A stretch of 64,000 nt of DNA, from the NCBI GenBank assembly GCA_951406725.2, contig OX597817.1, positions 103,354,001 to 103,418,000 on the forward strand. Direction: 5' to 3'. The notes beneath the pieces were generated by a model that saw nothing but the letters and a program-made list of their open reading frames with translations, had not been told where the DNA came from and ran no database searches. The DNA is from Octopus vulgaris. Lineage: Eukaryota. This document shows positions 15,851 to 29,984 of this stretch, one piece after another. A program made the position numbers and the translations under genes. How positions within the stretch are numbered: the stretch's first letter is position 1; each line of letters starts with the position of its first letter.

Positions 15851-18800
15851 GGATTGGTTTAATAGTAGTGGTTGTTGTTATTGTGTGTTCACGGGCCCTC
15901 CATGATTGAGCAGACCTTTGATCAAAAGGCGGTTCAACCTTGACTATTCTGTAGTTTTGTTTATGATGCTAAATGTATCCTTATTTAATCTGGTGTGGCA
16001 TAATTCGAGGGATATTTAATAGTAGCTAGGATTCATTTCAAGGCCCCTGAGAAGTTTTTCTCAAAGTTGGTTAAATGCTTACAGCAGAATGTAATCCTTT
16101 AAAAGCACCCGAGAGTCAGGTCGTGGCGTAAAAGCGAAGAATGCATTAATTCTACCTCACTAAAAGTGGAACTATCTCTCCGATCTACTTCAAAGTTTCT
16201 GTCAAACCAAATTTCCGTCACAAGGTTTTAGCCTTTCCGTGGTTATAGTGAAAATCATTTACTCAAAGGGCCATTCAAGAGGTCGTAGTGTAAGGTTTAA
16301 CTTGAAATCAGACCGTTGCAAAGCAAAGTTCGGCAATGGTCGCACTTATGATAGTCCTAGCAGTTCGAGTGGTCGCATAAACACACAATTGCTTGATCAC
16401 TGAGAGCGATGAATTTAGTCCAAACACAAGTGCTACTCCTGTGTACTCAACATTGATACTATGGTCCCAGATCAATCATAATCACACTATTAATGCTGCT
16501 ACAATTTGGGTGTGCATATGTTTAAAATATTTATCTGGAATGAACAGCCTAGTGTTGTCCAATGCTGTTATGGGGTCTTGTTGTCTAGGGATGATTAAGA
16601 GTCATTGTGCATGTAGCAACATGGACTGTGAGGCTTGGCGATCGCCGTAGCAATAAAGTATTCCTCACATATACTAGTTTAGCTCTGATCAAGCAGAACT
16701 ATGCTCAAAGTTTCTCCAATTGTGCAAATATCTCGCGTTATTTTCAGAATATTGTATATTTCATCAAATGTATAATTTAGTTTTAAGACGGTGAAGTGTG
16801 ATTTGAAAATGACTTGTCTGCTACTTCAAGCGGGTTGAACGATAGCGTTTAGGCTCCCACATTAACACATTGAAATAAAGATTTAGGAGTTAGTGAATGA
16901 CTTTATATTAAATTTTAATTAATGTTTACGTATTTATATCGAAGTAACAAAATGAGTAGCGCAAGAAATTAATTTGTTTTGTGGAATTTTCTTGTAGAAA
17001 TATAAGCACGTAATGAGGAAACTAAGTATTCAATTAGTAATAAGAAATGGTGTTAACATAAGCAATACGGTGAATATCAAAAATCCAATTAGAAATAATT
17101 ATGCAACAAGGAAATAATTATGCGAATGGCATATATGAGTAATTTACTTCAATGATATATTTTATAAGATATTCTAATTCTACCGCCTACTTGTGTCTCA
17201 TTACGACTCTGGTAACTGAGGTGAAGTCAATACTTTACTGAAGAGAAGATCGAAACATTACCGAAGTTGTTTCTCATTCTTAACAAAATATTAAAATAAT
17301 ATTGTCATTGAATTGTTATTGTCTTTTTCTCGCAATTTAATTATTTTTTCTGGAATCTTGGATGGTTACGCCTTTAAAATGAGTTCAAACTATCGTTACT
17401 AAGAAACAATATAGAGTAAATAATATTGATACCTTTACGCATATTTAATATAGTGAGTTGAACAACTGCCATTATCTGAGCAATTAGTAGACAGAAACCT
17501 CTTCTTGAAATGTTTAAAATACCCTCCTTCTTCACACAAAAAAAATGAATTAAAAAAAAAAAATAATAAAAAGAAAACAGAGGGAAAATATTTCCAGTAA
17601 GGGCAGTTGATTGAATTTTTTTGGAGAACATAGACATTATAATTGCTGTGGATCTTGTCTTTAAAGTTAACTGGTGAAAGGATGAGAAATGTTTTGCTCT
17701 TATTAGACCTCCGCAGCGCGAATCATATCCTCCTCAGATGGCAAAACGAAGAGTGATTTATATATACCTATTGAGAGAGAAATAGAAATGAGCATTATTG
17801 AATGATAGTCATATTAAAACAACATCAACGAAGACATCATAAACACCATAAAATATTGTACTGAAGCCATGAAATAAATCTAGACAGGTTACTGAGAAAT
17901 AACTTGAATATCTATGTTTTCGTTGGATATTGAGGCAATGTGAGTATATTTGCGTGATCACATAAAGTATTGTAAGAGACAGTACTCATTCGCACATCAT
18001 GGTAATGTGAGATATTATCGAAATAATAAAAATAAAATTAAAGCAGTTACTAGTTTTATATTTATTACTTTTATTGTTTTTCATAATAATGTTCGCCCGC
18101 CGTTAACGACGATGACCAAGACATCACATGAGAGAAGATGGGTCATAGGGCGTCCAGCTGTGGCTGATCAGGCCGATGCGAGCTCGGATTATTGTCACAC
18201 CTTGTCTTTGGCTACACTTCAAAATTAACAAAAGCGTCTCATATTCTTAATTTAGTGGTGTCATCGAATTCGCTTTTGAGACTCAGTTTATCATTAATTA
18301 AAAGTTATAAAATTAAAACAAAACCTTATGTCAGCTGCATTGGGTTTTTAGCTGTATATCCAACAGAAATATAAAATATATCTTATCAGTGCTGCGGGCT
18401 TTGTGTACTTTAAAAATATTAATGAAATATTGTATACGTGTATTTATGAAATATTGTATACGTATTAGAATTGTGTGTTCCTTCTCGAGCTACGCCTGGC
18501 TCATTAGAGCCGGTTTCCCGGTTCCTTGGCGTATAGGTTCCCCACCTGGACGGGACGCCGGTCCGTTGCAGGTGAGCTGCAAGAGGCAGGAGGAAAGAGT
18601 GAGAGAAAGTTGTGGCAAAAGAGTCAGAAAGAGAGTAAGTCGATTGCATAAACCCCGGCACTCAACTGGTACTTATTCTATTGATCTCAGAAACATGAAA
18701 GGCAATGTCGACCTTGGGGTAATCTGAACTAAGGACGTAAAGACAGACGAAATGCCGATAAACATTTTGCTCGGCGGGCTAACGATCCAGCTACTTCGTC

Positions 18801-19682
18801 GCCTTCATTACATTTTTAATTTTAATTTCAAAAGTATTCCGCCGAGGTCGATTTTGATTTGCATCCTTTCGGGGTCGATAAAATAAGTATCAGTCGAACA
18901 CTGGGGTCGATGTAATTGGAAATTGATGGCCTTCTGCCAAAATTTGAAATCAAATTTTAATTCGAAAAATACCGATTGTACACACCGTTCATTAGGTGCT
19001 GATGCATTAGTTGCAATACATTTCCCATTAAAACATGTTACTGGATAGCAATCTCTATATCTTACTTAATGTGGATATACTGTAAGAAAGCAAAAATACT
19101 GCAGTATTCGTCTTGAGAAAGCATCTCATACGAATGTATAGTGCAAAAAAGCAGAAACTATATACTGATACTTCTCTGTATTTAATATCCATGTTAAGTA
19201 ATATACGTATATTAATATTCGGTACTAATTATACTGCTTCCGTCGCTATCAACGAATATTAGTGGTTTACTAATGTGTTATTTTAACAATTATGGACACA
19301 ATTTTTTTTTATATATTGTAGCTATTTTATAGATTAGAAAATACGGCATTCGTCAACTACTTTCAAGGAATTTTTTCTAATATTTTGAAATAGCGAACGA
19401 ACTCGACAGCCATTTCACCGCACAAAATACACTTAAAAATTAACTCAGATCAATCAGCTGAGTATAATCCAAGAAATCAGAAACGACCAGAACTTAATGT
19501 CGAGCTCTATCATACTAAGCAATCTGTCCCTATGATTTTACTGTTTTGTGGTTTATTGCTTCATCAGCTTTAAAACTAAACATTGATATCAGAAGACACA
19601 CATCGTCTTCAAATATGCGTATGGGAAAGTAATACGGTGGTTCCAGTAATACATTAAAGCGAGAAAGACTGCAAAATATATT

Positions 19683-22116
19683 CTTTTCTACTCTAGGCAC
19701 AAGGCCCGAAATTTTTAGGGAAGGGGGCCAGTCAATTAGATCGACCCCAGTACGCAACTGGTACTTAATTTATCGACCTCGAAAGGATGAAAGGCAAAGT
19801 CGACCTCGGCGGAACTCAGAACATAAAAACAGACGAAATACCAATTTCTTTCTTGCCCACCGGAGGCCAAACATAGAAATGGACAAAACAACTGATGGGA
19901 TCAGTAAAGCAATATGATTTTACATATAATGTGACTTTAAAAATTTAAATGCAATATAAAAAATCGAATGAAATTAACAATACAAAAACAACATAAATGA
20001 AGCGATGATCAGGCCACGCTCCGACCTCACAAGCCCCGATCTACCGCTGGTACCTTTTTTGTTCTTTTTTTCCCGTCTATTCATACAGTTCCTTGCACGC
20101 TCAACACTCGTGCAACATGCTTCCATCTCTTTTGGAACGTACACTCCGATAGACATCTCTTCTCCAGCCACAAATTCCTTTTCAAATGAAAAGAAAAAAA
20201 TGATCGTAAATTGTGACCAGAGATAAAGTTGCCTGTCTTAACTTCTTTTGTCCTAGTCATCTATATTGCCTCTTTCGCTATTGCTACAACCGTGAGAAAA
20301 CAATTCTTACCTTCGTCCGTTAGAACTCCTGGTGGGTCAACTTTTATAATTGACTTAGTCGATAGCTGTACTCTTCCTTCGCTGGACAACAGGTGTTCAG
20401 CATAAGCCCACATTTCAGTTATCTCCGGACACTGAACAATAGCGTGAGGGACGGTTTCCCTGCCCCCACCCGCGCATCTTGGACAGGTCGGCGACTGACG
20501 CTTACCGTGTCTTGTGACCTTATCCCAAACGGGTAAGGCACCTCTGTAGCATTGCCAGGTTAAGGACTTTTGGAAATTGTCCAACGTTCTCAACCCGAAT
20601 GTACGGTGAAACAGGCTGTCCAGTTAAATAAACCCCAGGCCTAGAGTCGTCTCCAGGCCATCGTCGCATTCAGATTCTACCAACCCACTATGTAAAATCC
20701 GCGTGGAACCCCCACCGCTGGCGTTGCCCGAGTGCATGAGTAGCAAGAGGGCTTTATATTTATCTGACAGTTCAATTAATCTAGTTGCTGATTTTTTGGT
20801 TTTTATCTCACGCATTAAGTCTTGGTTGTTGCTGTGTAGTGTAGCTATTTCTCTGTTCGTCATCCCTCCACCATCCTCGGTCTGTCTCTCTTGGATGTTT
20901 TTTTTTGGTCTCGGCTCGCTATGGTTTTTGCTGGTTCGAGCCTTCCATTTTCCTTTTGTTGTTTATTTTTCCTTCAGTTTCTCTCTCTCTCTTTCTTCCT
21001 CCTCACCGTCTGATTCTTCTACACCTTCTTTACAATATTTTTTAATGCGACCCAGTTGGCCACACTGGAAATATCGGGGCTTACGCCCTTCAACAAAAAT
21101 ATTTAGAACTTCCTCCTCTACATCCACGATTTCTGGGAGCTGTTCTAAAACTTTTTGGTCAGCCTGCAGTATGAGGTTAAGCGTTTGACCAGTCCAATAG
21201 GTATTCTCTGTGACAGTAGCCTGCAGGAGGTTAATATTATCTTCTCTGTTTGCCAGGACTGCCGCCATCAAGCGCATAGAGTTTACTCCGGGTAGAATTC
21301 TTGGTATTATCACCTTTGATGCTCTCATTCCCATGTAAATTGGGATTAACATTGTGTCTTCCGACTCTAAAGATTTTACCGAGTGTTTTTGTGCCGTTTC
21401 TGCATTCTTGAACTTCACCACGATGGTTCCAAATTTCTTCCCTCTGGCTAGATATGTAATGTCCTGCCAGACAGGTTTTAGACATTTTTCAATTTTTTGC
21501 TCACATATCTTATCAATTTTACGAGCTTTTAAGCAGAATGTCTTAAAAATAATAATTTTCTTTTTTCCTCCGTTAATTCTTCTTTTGGTATTTCTACTTT
21601 TACTACTCCATCTCGTTCTGTTATCATATCTTTGTATTTTAGTAATTCTTTTTTGTCAGTTGACAGCTGTTGCATTCCACTACCAGCTGCTGACGCAAAA
21701 CTTTTCCTATCTTCATTTGGGTGGTCATTTCTTCTATATTTCTTTTGGTGTTCGTAACTTTTGGTAATACCGGGAATTCGCTTTCCGACACATCAGAAAC
21801 GTTGTCAAAAATTAAACTTTCTATTTTCCTTGCTTCCCGTTCAATCGATGATTCATCACCCGACGAAGACACACTTTTTGGCATCTTGCCGGCAATTAAT
21901 GTTTTCCCCCTCAGAGGAAAACCACAGATAGCTTTCGAAAGAAAACTATACTTCCATTGTTTTTCACAATAAGTCCAACAATGGGCACAACAAGAGATAT
22001 AACAATTAACAGAAACTTACGAACACACTCCAATAATACATTTTCAATAACAGACGTACGAAATACCGCTAAGCATTTCGCCCGATGTGCTAACGTTTCT
22101 GCCACCTCGCCGCCTT
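19683..22116 (-). mobile_element. Family B SINE split into 19683-19842 and 22058-22116 by a nested insertion
   Basis: 17-bp TSD agactgcaaaatatatt (19666-19682) / agattgcaaaatatatt (22117-22133), one mismatch; the two halves join into a complete SINE. Confidence 0.9.
19843..22057 (-). mobile_element. Internally deleted Tx1/L1-clade non-LTR retrotransposon (ORF1 + C-terminal zf-RVT, no endonuclease or RT)
   Basis: ORF1 pieces 21884-20963 with a degenerate knuckle VEGRKPRYFQCGQLGRIKKYC; 20261..20593 LTWQCYRGALPV..CPRCAGGGRETVPHAIVQCP..W (zf-RVT); TSD acgaaatacc at 19833-19842 and 22058-22067. Confidence 0.85.
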
Positions 22117-25100
22117 AGATTGCAAAATATATTAAAAAGAAAAAGATATATACGTACAGGTGTGGTTGTATAGCTAAGAGGCTCGCTTCGCAATCACGTG
22201 GTTTTCGGTTCAGTCCCATTGCTCTGTACTTTGGGCAAGTGTCTTCTATTACAGACCCGAGTTGATCTTTGGTAGACAGAAACTATGTGGAAGCCCGTCG
22301 TATACATATCCATGTGTGTTTGTGTTAATCCTCCACCACCTCTTGACAGCTGATGTTCGTTTTTGTACGTCCCAGCAACTTAGTGGTTAGGCAAAAAAGA
22401 CCGAAAGAATAAGTATCAGATTTAAAAATAAGAACTGAGGTCGATTTGTTCGACTAAAACCCTGAAGGATAAAAGATTTTTAAAAAATCAAAGAAATTAT
22501 CGTAAAAAGAAATTAGACGACCTTCTTTTATAGTTTTGTTTAAGGAAGCATATTTAGAGAAAGAAATTCTCGGATCAGTTGGCTTGCTGGTCAAATGAAA
22601 TTTCTCGTGTTAATTTGGAGCTTGAGTATTTGTAAATTATTATATTTAGAGGGTATATTAATAGAAATACGGTATCCATCGTTGAAATGAGGTGGTGTAC
22701 TGTGTATAAAGTGATGAAATAAGCAATAGAAAGTAGAGGTGCATGTACAATAGACAAAGCGGGAAATAGGTGCAACAAAAATAATATCAGATTTGAAGAT
22801 GCTCATGGGTATCAATTGCTAATAGCAATCAATAAATTAAAGGCCCTCTGCAAAGTAGAGTTTAGTAATCCAACTGGTGACGTTATTTCTGAAACCTGTC
22901 TGAGATTGTGGCAAACAAAAAGAAGACACCAGCTTAGATATTAGAACAGTAATCCATAGTAATCCTGAAGTTGAAGAGACAGTAAAATTATGGAATATAA
23001 AATTTATGAATGTTATCGTTGGCGACAATTAGTTCTTGTGCATGTTAGAGACTACTTTAAATTGTAAGAAATTTATGGATAGTGTGGGATTGTGATAAGG
23101 TCTTTTAGTCTAGTATTTTTCTGTTCTTAAATCAGTTAGATTTCGTTCTGGTGAATTTGATTACCATATTATCAACTCCTTTAAATGATACAATAAATGC
23201 CGGAATTACTAGAAGAATTATATTTCTGGTGAGGATCAGTGTGTTGTTAATTGACAAAACGCTTAATTAGAAAATACTCGAAGACAAAATGAAACATTTG
23301 TCGCATACATGATGTATTAAATATAATAAAAGAATATTTGACGAAGAGGAGGAAACTGAGGCGTTAACAGTTGCTTCGGATTCGGGCAATTTTCTATGAA
23401 CGTTTTCTCTGACAGTTTTCTTGTTTAAAAGTAAAATAAAGCAATATGCGTTTCATCATGCTCGATTATAGAAGAATACATTTTTTGTGAAGGAAGGTTT
23501 TCAGTATCTCGTTGACAATCACCAAAGGAAGAAAGTAATTCAACATTTATTAAAGGAGTGTCGTTGTTCATACTTTCCATTTTAGAAACTCTGGCAAGCT
23601 AGAACGGGGATACCTATTTCTCTCAGAGGAGTTACCGTTTCATACTTGCGTATTTTTTATCTTTTAAGACAGAATTGCAAAAGGATCCGTTTGCATAAAA
23701 GATAAAAGAATCAAAGTGACGTTTATTTTAAAGGTTATGGTCGAAGTTGTTGACCATCATTTTCAGATTTAATCTGATTTTCAGATGTAATATATCTGGG
23801 ACTATCATATACAACATTTCCTTATATATATTTGTTGTAGCGGTTTGATCTGCTTGAAGGGTTTGTGCTCGTGACATTCTCTGCCCTCCGAGACCAGTTA
23901 AAATTCTTATTGTACAACTCGAATTAACAGCTGGAACTCCAGAAAACCTATATTCTGGGGCAGAAAGATTGGAGAACGTAGTGTAGGGGAATATAATATG
24001 GGTTATAAGTAAAGGAGAGACTAGTGAGTTGAAAATGCCTGAGTACATATGACACAAGGCTACTTTGCTCCGAGGAGCAGCAACCACTGTAACAGAGGTA
24101 GAAAAGGCAGAATAAAGAGAGTGTACGTCTGTAGACGAGAGGTTGTAATGTATTAGAGAGTGACTTCACCCCAATTAATCGAAAAGCTTATTTTTTACGT
24201 GCTAAGGGATGCTTGTATTTGTAGTTGTAACATTGCTGCAGCTGCTAGAACTATATTCCACTGTGGGTCTTAGTTTCGTAAACAAAGATGAGAATAAATT
24301 AAGGGAGATTTGAATTATACATATTTCTAGGATTCCAAGCGACCAGATAGGGGCCTTCTCATGAAAATTGAAGATAACGCCAAAGAGTCAGAATAAATTA
24401 GCTAAAAGAGGACTTAAGAACAAAAAGCAAATAGGAACCAAAATACGAAAGAAAGAGAAATGGTTCATTGAACAATGGAAGGAAATACATTTTACTCTTT
24501 TCTGATAATATTCATGTGGTAATTATGAATGATTGTATATTGGCACCGATATGACATAATTGTTTAGCGATGTTCGTGTTTTAAGACTTTAAGAATAATA
24601 GTGTCTGCATCCTTTAGGCTTACAATATATTCTTTAATAAATGAAATCCGGTGAGTACTTGGAAGATTTGACCATTATTTCAAAATGAAGATAAGAATTC
24701 AGTCATAATTTACAGGTATCTAGTCCCAGGTCAGTCCTGATTGAACAAACATTTTACCGAAGCATCCCAAACTTCCTTTTTGTTTCTAAGGCATTATCCA
24801 AAATGTAATTGTCTAAGACAGTATGATGTGATTTAGAGACGTGCTTGTTATTTCTAGGTGACCAAACAATTGCTCTGTGTAAAAAAATGTAAATAGGAAG
24901 AAGAGCTTGAAGTGCACAGTTAAAGGACGGCTTTGACAGTAATTAAGAGTGTTAAGAATATCTGGTAAAGGGTATTTGAAGATCGAAAAGAATTCAGCTT
25001 CTTCGCTAGTTCAATGCTATTGAGTAGGGTAGGGAGATGTACGAAGGAGAAGGATTGCATACATTTTCACCCGAGATGAAATCTACTTATTTGTGGTTGT

Positions 25101-25322
25101 GTTGTTGTTGCTTAGTCCAAGTTCAATCTCATCAAACATTTGTGTGATAAAAGAAATTCCAAACATGACCAAATGTTCAAATGTCCGAACAAAATTTTTA
25201 AAATGGTGTGTGGATACCAAGCATTTTCGTTGAAGTCTGCCAGATTTATAAACTCATTTTTTAAATACATTATTTACATTATTTACATTTGACGGATATT
25301 TGTACTCATCTTGTTTGTTGTT

Positions 25323-25367
25323 AACATCACGTTTCGGCTGATATACCTTCCAGCCTTCATCAGGTGT
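25323..25367 (-). ncRNA. Minimal hammerhead-like motif in an isolated pLTR fragment
   Basis: Minus strand ACAC-CTGATGA-A-GGCTG gaaggtatat CAGCC-GAAA-CGT-GATGTT: canonical core and 5-bp stem II; cleavage triplet and stem I 3' side mutated. Confidence 0.6.
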
Positions 25368-25737
25368 CTTAAATATAGAACTGTATCATTTTTTAATGAC
25401 TAAAAATTTTTTCATTATTAATTAATACAATCAAGAATTTACATGAAAAGTAATCGAGTTGTAAGTTTTCTTGTATAAACCATAACGCTATAACGATCCA
25501 GTGATATCTTCTTGGCACAACTATTTCAACCATAATTTGAAATTAATACTCAGAATTTGTGTTCTCACAAACCAATGTATTCTGTGTAATAATACACTAT
25601 TCATTGTCAATACACGTGCGAAAGAAACACATTTGAAATAGTCCATTCTGTAATAGGAACAAGGCCTGAAATGTTGGGAGATGGGGGATAGTCGACTACA
25701 TCGACCCCATCCCTCAACTGGTATTTATTTCATCTAT

Positions 25738-25876
25738 TTTCCGCCGAGGCCAACTTTGCCTTTCATACTTTCGGGGTCGATTAAATAAGTACCAGTTACG
25801 CACTAGGGTCGATATAATCGACTTAATCTGTTTGTCTGTCCTTGTTTGTCCTACCTTGTGGGTAGTAAAGAAGTAA
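25738..25876 (+). mobile_element. 5'-truncated Tx1-tailed family B SINE inserted antisense into another family B SINE
   Basis: Perfect 17-bp TSD gtatttatttcatctat at 25721-25737 and 25877-25893; ends ...ccttgtgggtagtaaagaagtaa. Confidence 0.85.
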
Positions 25877-26381
25877 GTATTTATTTCATCTATCCCAAAA
25901 GGTTCAAACAAAATCGACCTGACTAAAATTTGAACTCAGAACAGAAAGCAATTTGTCTGGCCTGCTTACGAAATAATAACATTGGTTTCAAATTATGTCA
26001 CACCGCCAATAATTTCGGGGTAGGAAGCAAGTCGATTACATCGGACTCAGTACTCAATTGGTACTTATTTATCGGCCCGAAAGGATGGAAGACAAAGTTG
26101 ATCTCGGCGAAGCTTGAACTCAGAACGTGAAGACGGACGAAACACCGGTGAACATTTTGCCCGGCCTACTAACGATTCTGTCAGCTCGTCACCCGAATAG
26201 AAATAATGATATTAATAAATAGACAGAGATATAACTGTGTGGTAAGAAGTTTGTTTCCAAACCACATGGTTCCGGCTCCAGTTCCAATCCATGGCAGCTT
26301 GGGTAAATGTCTTTTACTATTACCTTGGGCTGACCAAAGCCTTTTGAGTTGATTTGGTAAACTAAAACTGAAAGACGCTTG

Positions 26382-26449
<68 letters not shown>

Positions 26450-27044
26450 GTATGTATATAGGTAGATAGATAGATAGATGTGTGTGTGTGTGCGTGTATG
26501 TGTGTGTGCGTGTGCGTGTGTGTGTGTGTAAGTGTGTATGTGTGTGTGTGTGTGAATATATCTATCTATGTATGTGTGTCGCTCACCACTTGACAACCGG
26601 TGATACCTTGTTTATGTCCCCACAAGTTACAGCAAAAAGAGAATCCTTAGAATGAACGCCAGAATTTTTTTTAAATGTACTGCGGTTGATTTGTTCGACT
26701 AAACCATTCAAGGCGGTGCCCCAGGATGGCTGTAGTCCAATGACTGAAACAAGCAAAACATAACATATGAATAAAACATCCAGTGTGACAAAACGAATAC
26801 AAACAAAAGTTAATTCTTCTTTTATTTAGAAAAAGATCATATTTGATATTTGTTAATAAAATTTCCATCATGTTGAGGTGGAAAATTTCGATGTCATGTA
26901 TTGGAATTATCAAATTGACAAACAAGTCAACCTTTATCTCTGAAAAAAGGGACAGACCTTATCATAGTCCATTAATTAACATAACCTGGATCTCCTCATC
27001 ACTTATTTCTATTCTCATTTGTTAATTGTGTGCCATCATTGAAA

Positions 27045-27305
27045 CACACATAAACACACACACACACTCACACACCCACCCACACACATACAGACATTTA
27101 TATACATGTACATATCTATATATATGTGTGTGTATATGTATATATATATATGTATTTGTATATATATATATATGTATATATATGTATATATGGCATGTAT
27201 ATATGTATATATATGTATATGTATATATATATATGTGTGTGTATGTGTATGTATATATATATGTATATATATGAGTGTGTGTATGTATATGTATATGTAT
27301 ATGTG

Positions 27306-27336
<31 letters not shown>

Positions 27337-27682
27337 GTATATGTATGTATATATATATGTATATATAGTATGTATATATATGTATATATGTATATGTATA
27401 TGTATGTGCGTATATATATACATGCATATATATATATATACACACGTATATATAAATCTATATGTGTGTCTACATACGTTCACACATGTATACATGCACA
27501 TATATGTGTATGTATGTGTGCGTGTATATATATACAAATATATATATATATATATATATATACATACATACATACATATATACATACATGTATATATGTA
27601 TGTATGTATGTGTATATATATGTATAAATATATATATACACACACATATACATACATACATGTATATATACATACATACATG

Positions 27683-27748
<66 letters not shown>

Positions 27749-28110
27749 TATACATATACATATGTAACGCTTTTGTATTTGGAAAATATCATATATAGTA
27801 GAGAGGAGTAAACAAACACCAACAAATACATATATAGTGCACGTACACTCACACACACACACTCACACTCACACACACACACACACGCGCACACATACAC
27901 ACACATATATAACCAGAAAGTTGGTTTGATTCACGACAAAAGTTACAGTTACAATGTCTTTAACACACAAATTTTAGTACGGACATTATATACATACATA
28001 CATATATTCACACACACACACACACACGCACACATACAAACACACACACGCACACACACACACACACACACACTTACTCACTTACACTCACACACACACA
28101 AACGCACATA
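27045..28110. repeat. Compound (TA)/(TG)/(CA) microsatellite; similar arrays at 12170-12990, 28490-28645, 29770-30025, 36600-36835, 53230-53400, 61040-61235, 62300-62490, 62960-63145
   Basis: Direct inspection. Confidence 0.95.
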
Positions 28111-28520
28111 TAAACTTGTTTGTTTTATATATGTGCATATGCAAGAAATTTTGTATGTATGTATATATAAACATTTCTCAGTATTATGCATTTATAAAAG
28201 TGTTATGCATGTACACAAATGAATTTTCGTAAGACGTTTCATGTCATCTAGACCGATCAATATAATGGTTCACAATAATGGGTTCACATAAACAAGTTTT
28301 GAAACATACCCGTTTCCATAATTATACACATTAATTAAAGAATGACATTCACATTAATGTCCTCCCTCAATTAACATACATATCTGCCTCAAATATAACA
28401 TTTCAAACATTTTATTTTTAATCGAATCCGATATAACTTAATATAATTTTTTTCTTTTCACACACCGACGTGGCACTTTCACACAGACGTGATGCGTGTG
28501 CGCACGCACGCACACACACA

Positions 28521-28598
<78 letters not shown>

Positions 28599-28912
28599 TA
28601 CACGCACGAACGCACGAACGCACATGCACACTCACATACACACGCGTCTATGTGTGAATGTGTTTAGACCATTGATAATGATAGCCGGGCAGATTGAATC
28701 AGTGATTTTTGAAATATACCTATATCTATCTTTTATTATTGTTCTATTTCTCAATAATTATATCAAAATATTCAATGTAACATATATTCATTTAGCCATT
28801 AAGACTTACACACACACATACACACACACTCACACGCACACAGTGACTTTTAATTACTTTGTATATGTTTGGTAGCAATGACCGTTGCCATGTCTAAAGA
28901 GTTTTTAATACT

Positions 28913-28965
<53 letters not shown>

Positions 28966-29769
28966 GGCACTTGAGAATTGCTACACAATTCTCTCTGAAA
29001 TTTACAATTACAATTTCTTTCTGTAAGTAACCCCAAGACTTATATAATTTGTTCTTAATTACTTGTAATATAGAAATGTTTCATTAATGGCCAGAGGTGA
29101 GGAATACAGTTGTGTTAGAATGCGTTAATATGATTAATATAGAGTTTTGTAATCATTTAATGAATATAATTATTTTAATTCTGTTCGGGTTTATGACATG
29201 ACGATATGGATATGACATTTCGTTTGATTCGATTTGTTGCCCCAAACTTAATATTTATCAAACTTGATTGAAGGATTTGCACGTTATAAATCTATAGTCT
29301 TTCAAAAAAATGGTCTCTACTTGCTAGAATAGTTATTCTAGAATAATTAGTTATATTTTTATACTTGTGTTCATTGTCATTCATGCATGAATGTATCTCA
29401 GACAAACAAATTGATTCCTGCATATACAAATGTGTACAAAAACATGGTATATACAAATAACTATTACGTACAATAACGCTTAAGGAGTTTACAGATACAC
29501 ATAATACACGCTGATATTTGTCGTTCTAAACAAGTTAGTATCTTGATTGTTTTTCAGGTTAACATTTGTGAATATGTCTTTTATTGAACATCACTCATCC
29601 AAATGATCTTTGTAAAAAAAAAAAACAAAAAAAAAACGTCTTTATCAACGACATCTTTACAGAATCTTTTGCGTCCTTACGGAGAAATACAAAAGAAATG
29701 TCAAGTAATTTGTTAAATCCAATTTTTTCATGGAGTCATTTATATTTCACTGTATATATATTGACATCT

Positions 29770-29814
<45 letters not shown>

Positions 29815-29839
29815 ATATATATATGTATATATGTATATG

Positions 29840-29906
<67 letters not shown>

Positions 29907-29929
29907 ATATATATATGTATATATATGTA

Positions 29930-29984
<55 letters not shown>

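Noticed and set aside
22620-24200. Possible decayed LINE on the minus strand
   Set aside because: Composition is suggestive but no motif could be read with confidence
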